A program made the translations under genes and the position numbers. The notes below the pieces were generated by a model. That model made no database searches. It was given only the letters and a program-made list of their open reading frames with translations, and was not told the DNA's origin. From Antedon mediterranea (lineage: Eukaryota > Animalia > Echinodermata), in the NCBI RefSeq assembly GCF_964355755.1, contig NC_092670.1, positions 29,686,388 to 29,750,387 of the forward strand: a stretch of DNA of 64,000 bases, in the 5' to 3' direction. Below, one piece after another: positions 13,792 to 27,019 of the stretch (its first letter is position 1; the number at the start of each line of letters is the position of its first letter).

Positions 13792-15112
13792 ACAATGTCC
13801 TTTATAGAGGGGAAGATCGTCCAGGCCGTGGACCCAATAAGTGGATGTTGGCTTCGCGGTACAGTAAAAGAGGAGAATGAAAATCAGTGCCTGATAAAGT
13901 GGCTGGATATTCTACGAAACACTGGGTGGAAAAGCAATTTCTTAGGGAGCCAGTTTTGAAGAGAGCAAAGTCAACATTTGATAGATCGAAATTTCCAATA
14001 TTTAAAGCGCCACATAATTTGCAGGCTGGTGACTTGCGTCTGCAATTACAAGGAGGAAAATGGGAAAGGACACGCTATTCTGACCAACGATAAGTTCATG
14101 TGTGAGGTAAACATTTACAAATTTAAATAAACTTGTTGATAAATTATTCTTTTAAGTTGATTAAAACGGTCTTTTAAATTTAAAACGCTTGCCTCGAGTA
14201 AAAAAATGTACATGGATTAGGTTAATTTATTTGTGATAAAACAAATGTGTGCCGCCATGAAGGGCTAAGGACCATCTCGGCCGCCGAAAATGTCGGCCGC
14301 CAGTTTGACTTCAAATTAAGCTTTTTATTTGAAATAGTTATGAAATGATAATAAATAATATATTATTACACTAGGCCTATATACATCATTTAGTCTACAC
14401 ACTTAGTCGTACACGGACCACCGTTGCAAATAATACTAAAAAACGGAAGTATTTTATATCATTGCCCCATGAAGATTCCTAGATTCATTACTTATTGTTC
14501 TACAGAATTTAGGCCCATTCTCTAGCCATTCTCTCAATATTCGTACTAATGTAAAGCTGCTTGTTGAGCATCATCTTAGTAAAATTTTTCGCATTAAAAT
14601 TTATAATATAAATGATTTATGTTAAGCAAAAGATCGTTTTATCCTTCCCCCCCCCCCCACCTCTGAAATATGAATGCATTAAATGCTATATATGTTACAA
14701 ATTAAATTGATTGTTTATTACTTATTTCTCCATTATTTACTTAATACACTTGTTATTCAGTGACATGCTTTAACAATTGTATAGCCCGTCAAGACAACTC
14801 TGCGTAGAGGAATTAATCATTTCTTCCATGGTAAATAAAATGAAATAGGTGAAAACAACTGAGGATAAAAAAATCCGAACATCTCTCAGAAGTAAATATT
14901 TTGGAAAACGTGAACACTGGTAAGTATAAGGTGCATGCTTTCTAATTAGAATAATATTATTATAAGCACTACTGAATAAATTTGAAAAATATGAATAGAA
15001 AGAATATATTATGTATGCCTATTGAAATGTATCAGAACAATGCGAAATGTAAAAGCATTTTATCCCAGATAAAAAAAAGTATTCTATAGTTTCTAAATAT
15101 TATAAAGAAGAT

Positions 15113-15625
15113 AAATTTATTTATTTATTTATTTATTCGGTATATAAAAATATATTACAAAACAACAGTCAAGGACTGAAATGAATTGCATTACAAATGA
15201 CTAAAAAATTAGTTAAAATTGCTATAAAAATAGAAACATCTAATTAAAATTAGATATCGTACCATAAAATTGAAAACATACATGAATAAAAAACCTTAAA
15301 ACATTCACTTATTACATATCTAAAAAGAGCTAGTGGTGCCTATTAATTATATCCACCAAGGTGGGAACTGGAGACGACCTACAGTAAGTCTGCTGGTTTT
15401 ACAATGAGGTACCTCTAGAAAGCGGTTGAATCTGAGAGACCGAGCTGGCTTATGAAGAGGGGGAAGTATTTCTCTAAAGAGCTCGGATTTTAATAAGCCT
15501 TCCCCGAAAGACAACACAAGTTTGTTTCTTCTCTCAACAAGAGTAGGTAAACCAGTAACAGACAATGCATGATCATAGCACAAATAGTTGTTACCTAGCA
15601 TGATACGCAATGCTCTCAAATAAAT
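15113..15625 (-). mobile_element. 5'-truncated LINE 3' end (L2/CR1-group-like)
   Basis: Minus-strand ORF ALRIMLG..YDHALSVTGLPTLVERRNKL..CKTSRL is typical of an RT-ORF C-terminus; ends in an (AATA)n tail at ~15113-15137. Confidence 0.7.
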
Positions 15626-15746
15626 GTATATTACAAAATATACCAAGACATCTTCATACTAACTGGCAATTAGCGATACAAATCCAAACCTTTTTGTCAA
15701 GCGGATTTAAATCACGATTTTAATACTGTTTTTTTTTTCATTATAG

Positions 15747-16977
15747 ATATGCTGACAATTTTACACAATGCCACGGTTGCAATACCTCCATCAGCATCGA
15801 CACAAAATGACAAGGAAAATGTTCACCTAACAACTGTCGTGGCCAACGTGACAAACGTACCAAATCCGGCTTCAGAACCAAACACAGGAACTCCAACGAC
15901 CCAGCGTAACAATTTTAGAATAGAAGCCCCGAAAAATGTACCACCACCGGATTTCCATGTTACCGACAATGCACCCATGCAAACACTACCGGTACCGATC
16001 GCGAACGACAATGTTGGCGAAGATAACATTGAAAGCTACAAAAATTTACCACCACCGGATTTCCATGTTATGGACAACGCACATACGCAAACAATACCGC
16101 CCCACATAGTCACTAGCAGTCCCAGCAAAGAGAACTCCGTTATCAACGAATTTGATATGGTAACGCGACCACCATTGGTATCATCATCAACGTGCCCACA
16201 AGTGAATGTAGCCCTTCTTGCCTGTTGTGTAATGCAAACATCGCATGGTTGTTTACATTGTTTTTAAGCTTATAATTAGCTGTACGTAAATAAGAATACT
16301 GGAATAGGATAGGTTAAAAGATAAAATCAAGTAAGTTTAAATTATTAAATTTATTATTAGACCTACGATAGTTTATTTAAGGCATTAGAGTATTTATTAT
16401 TTTTTAGCCCATCATCAGCTCAGCTGGCCGTCGCTACCTACCGGCTAGGCAAACGACATCATTGCCTGAAGCATTTTGGGCCAATATCTAATTTAGGTTT
16501 ACCACACACTGTGATGCTAATTAATGGGTTGTAAATGTTGCATCTGCAGTATGACCTTGCATGAAAGTCCATCGCGGTAGCAAAACACGATCAACTAAAC
16601 AGGCCACACCCACAGCTCATTACCGCGGCTAAGCGATTATCGCGGGAGAACCGCGATCAAAACATTTGGGCACGCTCCCTTACTACAAAAAAACATAAAT
16701 CAAGGCTTGGAAGCGGGCCATTGGAAGGGGAACCTGATGGTGTTGTGGGTGTTCTGGAAAGGTGGACTCGCTTTTTGCCCAAAGCAATGATATCACCAAC
16801 AAATGCCTCAAGCCAGTCACAAATGTGCACCTCATTCAAGTAAAAGAAGAGGAAATCAAAATTTTTGATCAAATACCATATATTGGAATTGATGAGTTTT
16901 GGCTTAGAGTTGAAGGTGGTGCTTTTTCTATTCAAGAAGTTGGAAACGGTGATGTAGGCCTACATCACATGAAGTAG
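15747..16977 (+). pseudogene. Degenerate Sola-like transposase fragment with a Pro/Thr-rich exon
   Basis: Acceptor ending at 15746 opens a low-complexity exon with a duplicated KN(V/L)PPPDFHV.DNA..QT; downstream frameshifted LEAGH-(G)KG-PDGVVGVLER..DSLFAQSNDI. Confidence 0.5.
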
Positions 16978-17329
16978 GAAACATCGAGTCTGACTGCTGC
17001 ATATTTTGTCAAATTCAGTTTCATTTACTGCATAACGGCAGACAAATTGAAATTCAAAAGCATAAACATAAATTTCCCCTTGGGCATAGTAACTAGATAG
17101 CCCTTTTGGGTTTTCATTAATGATGTCCCCAAACTCAGTTCTATTTACTGCATAACGGTGGACTATATTCAATAGTAAGCATAAATTTTCCCTTCGAGCA
17201 TAGCATAAAATAAATAAATAAAATAAAATCATGTGGCATCCTCTGGCTTCTTCCTGCTCAGGCAGAGTTCACCATTTTCTTTCAAAACTTGTTTTCTGGG
17301 ATTGCGTCAGCCACTGAACTATAACTTTT

Positions 17330-18250
17330 TTCCTTTCTCCATCTAATTTGTCGGCAGTCTGTCCCGCTCTACCAGCAATAGACAGTTTTTCTGTTAGCTG
17401 TCTCACAAATTCTTCCGGCATTAACTGCCTCACTCTTTCAATTCATGCTCTGCCTTTTTCTTGTTTACCTCTGGCCAGTCATAGTTACTCAGCCTTCAGC
17501 TTTCGCAATACAGCCTTCTGCAATCTTTCATCATTCGGCAGTCATAGTTACACCCGCCGTTTACACGAGCATATTGCACCTAAACGACGTCTGGCATTAA
17601 CTGCCTCACTCTTCCAATTCATGCATTCGCCTTTTTTTTGTTTACCTCTTGCCAGTCATAGTTACTTCTGCCGTTTACCCGAATGACAATGAGAACAGTC
17701 CCACTCCAATCTATTTGTTATAATTTCTCCGTCAGCTGTCGCACAAATTTGTCTGGCATTAACTGCCTCACTCTACCAATTCTTGACAGTCATAGTTACT
17801 CCCGCCGTTTACCCCTTTACGACATAAACAGTCTTCAGCATTCCACCTTCAGCAATCAATGTTGTAAAATGTATTATTTCAGCTACTAATTCTGTTGCAA
17901 TTTTCACTCTTCCAAGCATAGCCTTTTTCTTATTTGCATCTGGCCAGAGTCATAATGACTCCCGCCATTTACCCGAGCATACGACACTGAGAACAGTCCC
18001 GCTCCAATCTGACCAGAAATCGATTTTTGTTCTAATTTCTCCGTCAGCTGTCGCACGAACTCGTCCGGCATTAATTGCCTCACTCTTTCAATTGCATCGT
18101 CGTCGTCATTTTGCCAAAGTCGCTTAGGAACGCTCTGGCACCACCACTCCGCTTGCCATCACTGCTTCTTAGACAAAGTCTACTGCCTGCCTCTTCTGCT
18201 TTTTAGCATAGCCTTTTTTCAGAGTCATAGTTACTCCCGACATTTACCCG
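17330..18250 (-). repeat. Shuffled modular repeat of a coding-like segment
   Basis: Modules ggcattaactgcctcactct and agtcatagttactcccgccgtttacccga recur 4-6 times in varying order; minus strand reads RVRQLMP(E/D)EFVRQLTEKL. Confidence 0.6.
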
Positions 18251-19819
18251 AGCAAAGGTGCTTAGGAAAACTACTTTACATAGTTACTTTATGATATGGC
18301 TGAAAGTGCAGTCCATTTTTTACAACACCCATCTTGATTACTGAAAATCAAAATCTACGCGAGGTTTCCGTCCTCACCTCAGGACACATGCGTTACCATT
18401 TGACATTTTCAATCATTTATTCGCAATCAATGTTGTAAAATGTACCATTTTGATCACCTTGATTTCAATTTTGCTGCCTTCGGGAATGCCTGTTGTCCCT
18501 CCCGGGTCCTGGGGCCATGTTGAAGCTTTCACGTGGCGGCCCTGTTGACGTCACATATTGCATATGTGGCTAACTAATTCAACGTCATATAGTTTTTCAC
18601 ACAAGTTTTATAAAATAATAAAACTATTCAAATACAAAGGAGATATTGTGTAAATATGCATAAATACCAATCTCCTTGGTCAAATATGAAGGACTTCATG
18701 GTACTAGTAGTAGTTTTTTTTTTTTTTTTCCTTTTTTTTTTTAGTGGAATACTTCGATTGATTTAGACTTGCACAGACACTAAGAAAAAATAGACAATCA
18801 TTTGTTTTACTGTCAATTTGTATAATTTTCATTTATTTAGTTCAAGAAAGAAATAATGTATTTGGAAAGCACATTTCAAGACCTTTCATTTGGTATCAAA
18901 CATTATTCAATTACTGTAAATGAAAAAAAGTTTTAGACTAATTTGTGACATGCACTTTGGTGAATGAGATACTTTTAACATTGTAACATAAAAACGAGAG
19001 GAAAAAATATGCTTAAAAATATGATATTTATAACAGAGTATGATAATAAAAGTGGGATGAACCCACACAAGAAAAACAAAATAATAAACATACACCATGC
19101 ATGTTTTTTTCAAAAAGAAATTGAAAAGTTATAAACCAATTTTTTTTTTTGCCACCTGAAGCCTAGACTATCTAGCAGGCATAAGTGAACAGAACAGAAA
19201 TGTTTTATGAATTTTGTTTGGAATTTATAAATATTGTTCCATGACTAGATACCAACTATTTTTTTGGTAAATGGAATTTTTTTCAATTTTTAGCCAAAGG
19301 TGTGCAAAAAATGAAGAAGGTTGATGATCAGCCACACTTATCCAAAGACCAAATTGATAGTCAGCCATCTGCAGACCAGCCTGATAAAGATCGCTTTCCC
19401 CAAACAGAAGTCCAAACCAAGGAAGATGACCTGCCACCAGTTTTGACAAAACCAAGATGGACAAGTAAGTAGTTATAACAAATTGAGTTAGTGCAGTATA
19501 AATTAGACCCTTATCTGTCACTTTACTTCAATATCTGGAATCATGCATGTTATTGTTAATTGCTTTTCTTCAGAGAACATCAGTCCACTGTGGACTCTAA
19601 ACGCTTCCACAGCCTAATTTCCAATGTTTCTCTGAGCCAGTTACATCTGTATGATTGACTGAGGCATGTTTTATTGAAGGCCAAATTGTAGATGAACCTC
19701 AAATCTAGTAGCCCCACCTTAAAGTGATGTTTACCAGTTTTCCCCCTCTTGCTTTCCTCATAAACAGGTCTTTTTGTCTTTACTACTATCCTACTGTCAC
19801 TTTTGAATTTTAAAAATAG

Positions 19820-21116
19820 CAGTGGCGGATCTAGTGGGGGGCGTGTGGGGCGTACGCCCCCCCCTATTTTTTAAAGATTTTTTTTTTTTTTTTAAATTAA
19901 ATAGATTTTAAAAACACGTATCGTTTCGACGGTCATTTTCATAGTGAAAATAGTACGTCGGAGCACATCGTCAGCTTGATCGCATTTCACCAAGCATGTA
20001 CGTCGACATCCTTTGTGTACTATCAATCTCTAGCTTTACCAACGATCATTCACAGTTAAGTGTAAAACTAAAAGGAGCAAGTTGATAAAAGCCACGTGGT
20101 GAGCTTGGTCGCGTTTTACTAAGCAGGTCGGCATCCTTTGTGATCGTCACTCCCGTTGTAGAGTAGCGGTACGTACCTCCGACGATCAATAGAGTTTATG
20201 AAGTCACATGGTCAGTGCTACACTACGCGCCCATTTATTAACTACAATAAAAACAAAGGCTAGGACTGTAGTGCCTATGAAAATTATCCCGTTAGGCCTA
20301 TATTTTATTAAAACATATTACTATTAAAATATTAACAATGCTGCATGCAGCATTTCATGACCGGGCCTTGTAGTGTTTTATTTGCTTTTCCGTCGATGAG
20401 TCTCATAAACAAATCGCGATGACAAAAGGGGTGTTTTGTTTTTTTCAAATCACTAAATATAATGTAATGATGATCGAGCCGGACCGCTAATTTTTAAACG
20501 ATCGTTTAAACCAGGTCGTTGAATATGCCGTGATTTTAATTGTCAAAAACATGATCGTCAGTCGGAGTTTCGATAAATCTCGCGTCGCATGTGTTGCGTG
20601 GTGGTGGAAAACACTCTCAGCAAGTTTGCTTCATTAATATGCATGAGACTCTGTGATGACCCGCTTTAACGTGACGTCATTTTACTTTAGCTGCATGGAT
20701 GATGGATGGATGGACGTCACCGCGATCGACCCGGCGCGCGTGTAAGAAAATAATACCGGCCTAGGCTAGGACAAGTTTATGCTTATATAAAAGCTGAAAA
20801 ACATCGTCGCGTTGTAAAAATTTAGATGTAAAGTACAGGCAAGTTGTTAGCTTGCTTTGGTACCCTAGGTAATCAGCTGCATGTTCCACATGTCGTAATT
20901 TGCGAGCTTTAGAGTGTTTGGTAAATGACATTATGAATTGTTTGTGAATCGTTTTAAACGACTTACAATGCGCTAGAACGCCAAAATTTCCAGGGCCCTT
21001 CGGCCCCTGGACCCCGACCGGGGGCCCTTGGCGGCCCCCTGGCCCCCAGCCAGTGTTTGCTCGCTTCGCTCGCAAACCTACGCCCCCCCTATTTCAAAAT
21101 CCTGGATCCGCCCCTG
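19820..21116. mobile_element. Non-autonomous TIR element, CAG ends, 5-bp TSD (hAT5-like)
   Basis: cagtggcggatct...ggatccgcccctg; aatag on both flanks; GC-rich subterminal tacgccccccct motifs. Confidence 0.8.
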
Positions 21117-21809
21117 AATAGGATTAAAGTACTGTACTTTTTTAAATCAACCTTCTTTACAACTTATTTTTCAGGTGCACATTGGTTTTGGGGTATTTCT
21201 GCCCATAGAAAATTAGGAACTAATAAAAGCTAACCGCAAACCACCAATGTTCGTAAAGTCTCTGGTTGTGGCGGTATGGGGCTCAGAGGGGCAAGGAACC
21301 AAAAGGTGTGTCCCAGGCACAAAGGAACCTGTGTTGCCAAGCCAGCAATGACGCCTTTAAAATACCAGGCAGTTAGAGGTATGTTTATTATAATAATTTC
21401 TATTCTTGTTTCAGTTTCCAATATTTTCTGAATTCAATAAAATCATACTTTGTGTATAACATCCATGAATGCTTAATTGCTTTCAAATATATGCTTCTTT
21501 AATTCATTAAACTAAACAGACAACATGCATAATTAATGTAAAAAAAGTGTTTTTTTTTACAAATCTTTTATGCAGTATGCACTTGTACACTATATTGATA
21601 TTTCATCATTTCTTCTTCCACCATCATTATGAATGCTTGCGAGTAATATTCTTTGTGTTTGCAGTTTGTTTTCTTTTAATTTAAATGATATTTTTATTTG
21701 ACAATTACTGATGTAGGTGTATCTTGTTCTTTAAATTTCATTCACTACCTATTCAACATCTGGTAGGACAAGGGGATAAATTGCTGTTGAGGGGAGTTGA
21801 CTGAACCGT

Positions 21810-21937
21810 TATATTAAAACAACGTATTATATAAATATCAATCTGGATTTCGAGCTGCCTTCTCTACTGACACATGTTTGATAGACTTAGTTGATTCCCT
21901 TAAAACCCAAACTTCTAAGGGAAATTTCTAGGGTATG
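21810..21937 (+). mobile_element. Short LINE reverse-transcriptase fragment
   Basis: KYQSGFRAAFSTDTCLIDLVDSLK..KGNF*GM matches the QxGFR..ST motif of non-LTR RT. Confidence 0.6.
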
Positions 21938-22159
21938 CCAAATAAATGAAAGAAAGAAAAAGAGGTCGCTGATTTAAACCGGCCAGCAAAACGTAAACTG
22001 GCAATGTCTGATTAGACCTATTTTGAGGGTATGCGGGTCATTAAGACCATTAGTGGAGTAAGGATGCACAGTTACTGTGAATAATAATTATCCAGAACAA
22101 GTTAATAAACTAAACAAATTTGAATTTATGTTATTTCTGTACTGTTTTTTTAGACTATC

Positions 22160-22435
22160 GAACTGGTAAATTTTCCAACTGGGATCAATCACACCAGTGG
22201 GTAAATTTACAACTGGGATTGGTCAGACCAGTTGGAAAATTTCCAACTGGGATCAATCACACCAGTTAAAAAATTTACAACTGGTATCGGTCAGACCAGT
22301 TGGAAAATTTACAACTGGGAAAAATTTACAACTAGGGTTTTTAAGACCAGTTAAAAAATTCCCAATTGGGAATTGTCTCAATTCACAACAGGGAAAATTC
22401 CTAACTGGTCTTCAACTGGAATTTTTACCTGGGGA
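22160..22435. repeat. Array of ~33-bp palindromic units (ccagttggaaaatttccaactgg)
   Basis: Repeated ccag(t)t-(g)aaaattt-caactgg hairpin units with alternating gatcaatcaca/attggtcaga linkers. Confidence 0.75.
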
Positions 22436-23662
22436 AGTATTTAAATTATATATACTTTAGGAAGTTGAGACATTGGTTAACTCGAAAAAGTACATGGTAT
22501 TTGAAGAACAGTTTGTTTTACCATGCATTCAACAAGTGGGCATCACAACCACATTGTTCTGGTCCCAACAATCGACCAGTCAGCAATATTGCTCTGGCAA
22601 CAGCAACATTATTTACTATCAGGAAGAAGTTAGTGAAAGCCTGCAATAAACATCCAGAACTATATAAGGCCAATGCAGAAAGATTAATCATTTTTGGTGG
22701 TCACAACTTTCTTAACATTGTAAATCTAAAAAAAGGTTTTTGAAGAACAGTTACTAAAACTCATCAAATGCCGAGAAGAATAATGCTGGTCATCAGTCAT
22801 AGGGATTGAAAAGCATGTGCTAGGAAGTATGCTCACAATAACTGGCATCTTTTTTTAAACAACCATGCATTCAAGTGGGCATCACAACCACATTGTTCTG
22901 GTCCCAACAGTCGACCAGCCAGGAATATTGCTCTGGTAACAGCAACATTATTTACTGGCAACACATTCACAACATTAATTTAATAATAATAAATAATAAC
23001 ATAAACATGAGTTTAATACATAAATCTGTATTTTACGAGGTGCAGAAAGATCATCTACTTCCAAGCATTGGTAGTATGTACGAAGCACACATAACGGATA
23101 TATATAAAGGTTAGAGTTATATGTTATTTTACTTGGTACCTAATTATAGGATCAATAAACAATTCAATTCCATCAAAACAAAACACAAAATCATTTATTT
23201 AATTTAGTAGGAGATAATAATTCTTTAATTAGCCCTCAGTAGCATTTCCTATAATCAACTTGGGTGTTAAATGCATGTACAGTTTTAGTTTTTAGTTTTA
23301 GTGTAGTGATACTGGTTTTATGATGGTACGGAAACATCAATCTCTCTTTTTTTAACAACAGAATTTGAATTGTATACAATTATGGACACACAAAACGATC
23401 TAATTTTGGCGTCAAAAACTGTAGCTGTTGGTGAAAAGGATGTGCCAAATTCTTATTGGCTCGAAAATGAAGGCCTCAAAAGATGTTTGCAAGAAATAAA
23501 GGTTAGATATTCTATATACAGTACATCATGCATTCTACATATTATTATTAATTGTTCCATTTTAAAGTGTACACTTTTGAGTATTTAATTTGAAGGATAA
23601 AGGTTTATACCATAATGAATAAATTGTTGTTTGTAGGACTATAACCTAAAAATTGATACTTT

Positions 23663-25343
23663 GGGCCTGTTTCTGCTGCATAAAAAATAACCGGTTAAAA
23701 TCGGTGTGAATAAATTAAAATCGGTGTGAATAAATTAACTCCATTTTCTTGGCAGCAGAAACAGGACACATTTGTGGTAACCGGTTAAAAGGCAGCGCAA
23801 AATAACCGGTTAAAAACACCAATTTAAATCGGTGTTAGAACGCCGTTTAACCGGTTATCGCTGAGCAATTCTTAGCTGCAACACGAAATAACGGTTATTT
23901 GATTGACAGTTGTGACCCCGGGTCAGATACCGTCGCATACGATGTGTGTTTTCCTCGTGGTTTTGACAGTCGAACGAAGAAGTGAACATGTATGTGGATG
24001 AATGAAATCACAAGATATGTTATTCAGTTGTGGGGGGAGAGAAAGTACGGGGAAGGATGGCAGGCAATAGAAAAGAATCACAGATAATAAATAAGAGCAT
24101 TTTTGCGAAAGTAAAAGAGGAGTTTGGGGTGGAGTTCCGGGGACTACCATGGAGTAAAGAATATTCTTATTCTTATTCTTTACTCCATGGGACTACCCAA
24201 GCTAAGCAATTTGAGGCGTTAGTACACGCTCGCGAAGGGTATGGATGGTCCTATATAAACACCAAAACGGAAACAAAAGGAACTCAGAATGTTGCAAATA
24301 CCTACCAAACGATAGTAGATAATGGTTAATTAATTATGAAAACCCAAATTTGATAGCAAAAATCATCCGAATTTATGTTATAAACGATGAATTTAGCAAC
24401 AAAAACTTAATCCAAACGAGCGTATTTATGGCACGCCCTTAGTGCCTTTAATAGGAGAACAATGAACATTCTTACTATGATCGTTTTACATAATATAATT
24501 TTTTTTATTTTTTTATTTTTTAGAAAAACATCACATCGACCGAAAACAAAGGTAATATATTAAATATGATTTTATTAAGCATAGAAATGTGTTATTATTT
24601 ATGTTAGTACATAATATACGAAATAATGTTCAATACTCATTATTTTATTAAAGGCACTATATGCGTGCGATATTCTATGACTTGGATACTCTCGTTTGAT
24701 TTAAGTTTTTGTGGCTAAACTCATCGTTTTTAACATAAATTCGGACAATTTTTGCTATAAAAGTTGGGTTTTCATAATTAATTAACAATTATCTACTCTC
24801 GTTTGGCAAGTATTGCAACATTCTGAGTCTCGTTTTTGTTTCCGTTTCGGTGTTTTGTAGTAGGACCGCGCTCGCGAAAGACAACAGTCGTTCACGTGGG
24901 AAGGGCCGTATGTCATCGCCTTTGTTGAGGATAAAAATTATCCTAGTTTAGGCGATCGGGCGCTGCACGACCCTCCCCATCATGTTCTTGAAGGCGCCAT
25001 GAGAATTAATTTTATTAGCGATGTAAGTAGGCTTTACAAAAAACAAAACTTGTAGACCTGGAGACAACATTTTATTTTTTTAACATGTTTGAGTGAGATG
25101 TTCGGCGATATAATACACACGTGTGTACTCACGACGTCGATGTAAACAAACAGCCAACTTCTACTTCCGTCTGAGTGTATTGCATTTTGGGTAATGATGA
25201 CGTTTTGCTCGACGACCACCCATAGATTTAACCGGTTATTTCGGAGCACAAATTGAGCAGAAACGCGGTCTTGTTATTGTTATCTATTTTTAATCTATTT
25301 TAAAATAACCGGTTAAATTGCGTTATGCAGCAGAAACAGACCC
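23663..25343. mobile_element. Non-autonomous PIF/Harbinger-like element
   Basis: gggcctgtttctgctgcataa...ttatgcagcagaaacagaccc (20/21 TIR); ttt on both flanks; repeated taaccggtta subterminal palindromes. Confidence 0.85.
24247..24867. mobile_element. Fold-back element with ~200-bp imperfect TIRs nested in the Harbinger-type element
   Basis: ggtcctat..aaacaccaaaacggaaacaaaa..actcagaatgttgcaa.. is mirrored by ..ttgcaacattctgagt..tttgtttccgtttcggtgttt..taggacc. Confidence 0.8.
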
Positions 25344-25941
25344 TTTGGTTACTGATAGACACTCCACAATATCCAAAACAATGAGAGAAATACACATACG
25401 GCATGAATATGACACTTGGCAAAAAAGTATCAGGAAGAAGTTAGTGAAAGCCTGCAATAAACATCCAGAACTGTAAAGGCCTTGGCAGAAAGCTAATCAT
25501 TTTTGGTGGTCTGCTGAAATGTGTGATGTAAGTTACAATCAGTTCAAGGTTGATACTGTAATGATCACAACTTTCTTAACATTGTAATTCTAAAAAAAAG
25601 GAACTTTACAATTGAATGGAAAACACTTCAAATCAAATTGTAAATAAATTAAATAATTTATATCATACATTTTGATTTTTTAATGGACTAAATATGGTGA
25701 ATTAACAAATCCAATTGTTTCAATACATTATACAAAGGAGAGATTCTATAGTATAGCATACTTAAATCTGGATTCAGGTCAACCTTTCTTTTTAGACTGT
25801 TGTTGCAGAAAATGATGAAAGAAGGATGATCTGATTAGAACACCAACGTGAATGTGAAAGATGACATTCAGATTTGGAAAATACTCCACCAGGTAGCATC
25901 ATCTCCACAGCACTCAAGAAATTAGCTTTGGAAAAGCTGTA

Positions 25942-26730
25942 TTGCATGCTAGTAAAGGCCTTCCCATAGAGGAGAAATGTTTAAGAATAAAGTCATTAGA
26001 CAACCTTCCAGATAATGTCAACATAGAGAAACACGGTAAAGGTGGCTTCACTTCAATTAATAGAACTAAAGCAATCATAGATTATAATTGTCGTGATTAC
26101 ATATCTTCCACCTATTTTTGTCGAAGGACTTCCCACACAATGTATGCGTGTGCCGATACCAGTGAACAATGTATATTTGGCAAGTGTGATCTTTGATGTA
26201 ACTTACAACAGTTGAATAGCAACAGTGGAATGGCTACACTGGATAAGCACTGAAGGCAGATGGCTAAATATTCAACACAGTGGAACTGTATTGAGAATGT
26301 CTAGAGCAGCTGCAGCAAATCTTTGCTTCATTTCTGATATACCTTTATAAGGCAAGGACAACATTTGCTCTGAGAAAGCAAGAGAAAATGGCAAGCATAA
26401 TAGTAATTACAGATTGACTTGAATTATTCTATTGTTCAACAAAATGAATTTCAAAGTGGACTCATGACCAGGTGACACTGTTTACTGCTTGTGCTCATAT
26501 TAACAATGAATGTGTCAAATCACATGTTATTGTAAGTGATCATTCTCAATCTGATGGAGTAGCCAGTCAATTCAAGCATTTATTTACCAATATAGCATAT
26601 AATAAAGAGCTCTACAAAATAAATCTTTCTTGAAAATTGTTTCCACAAGTCACGTGAAGTAGATAGTATTGGCGGAAGTGTAAAGAGGACTGTATGGAAT
26701 TGCAAGGGCAGTCATTTGCATCAGACAAAT
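25942..26730 (+). pseudogene. Degenerate Sola2-like transposase catalytic core
   Basis: CADTSEQCIFGKCD; WTHDQVTLF; SDGVASQFKHLF; frameshifted TSH(V)K..DSIGGSVKRTVW, compared with the SDG..SQFK and HGKG..DG.GG..KR signature. Confidence 0.65.
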
Positions 26731-27019
26731 CTGACTATAAATGGCAAAGGAAATCAGTGTAGTGTTTGTTTGAAAGATGTGGATGGCGCTATCATGATCT
26801 TTTTTTTTTAATTTGTAATTTTGATGGTGATGATTTAAAATTATTATTATTATTATTTGAGTACACATTCTATTTAAATTGGAAACTGCACCTGCCACTT
26901 TCCAAAGATTGATGAACTTAGTTTTTGGAGACATTAACTAGACAGAAGTTCTAAAATATTTATAATATATAATAATTACAAGCATGTTTCACATCATATT
27001 TTGTAATTTCTATGTTTCC

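Larger units (their letters stand above)
22465..25530 (+). pseudogene. Degenerate, spliced Kolobok-like transposase interrupted by a Harbinger-type element
   Basis: WASQP..NIALATATLFT; SVFYEVQKDHLLPSI; YTIMD..NSYWLENEGLKRCL; removing 23663-25343 plus one TTT restores DYNLKIDTLVTDRHSTISKTMRE..HEYDTW, followed by NHFWWSAE. Confidence 0.6.

Noticed and set aside
14262-14310. GG..cggccgcc TIR-like end
   Set aside because: No matching opposite end found in the window
22160-22435. CRISPR array
   Set aside because: Linkers are short and repeated, there are no cas genes, and the context is eukaryotic
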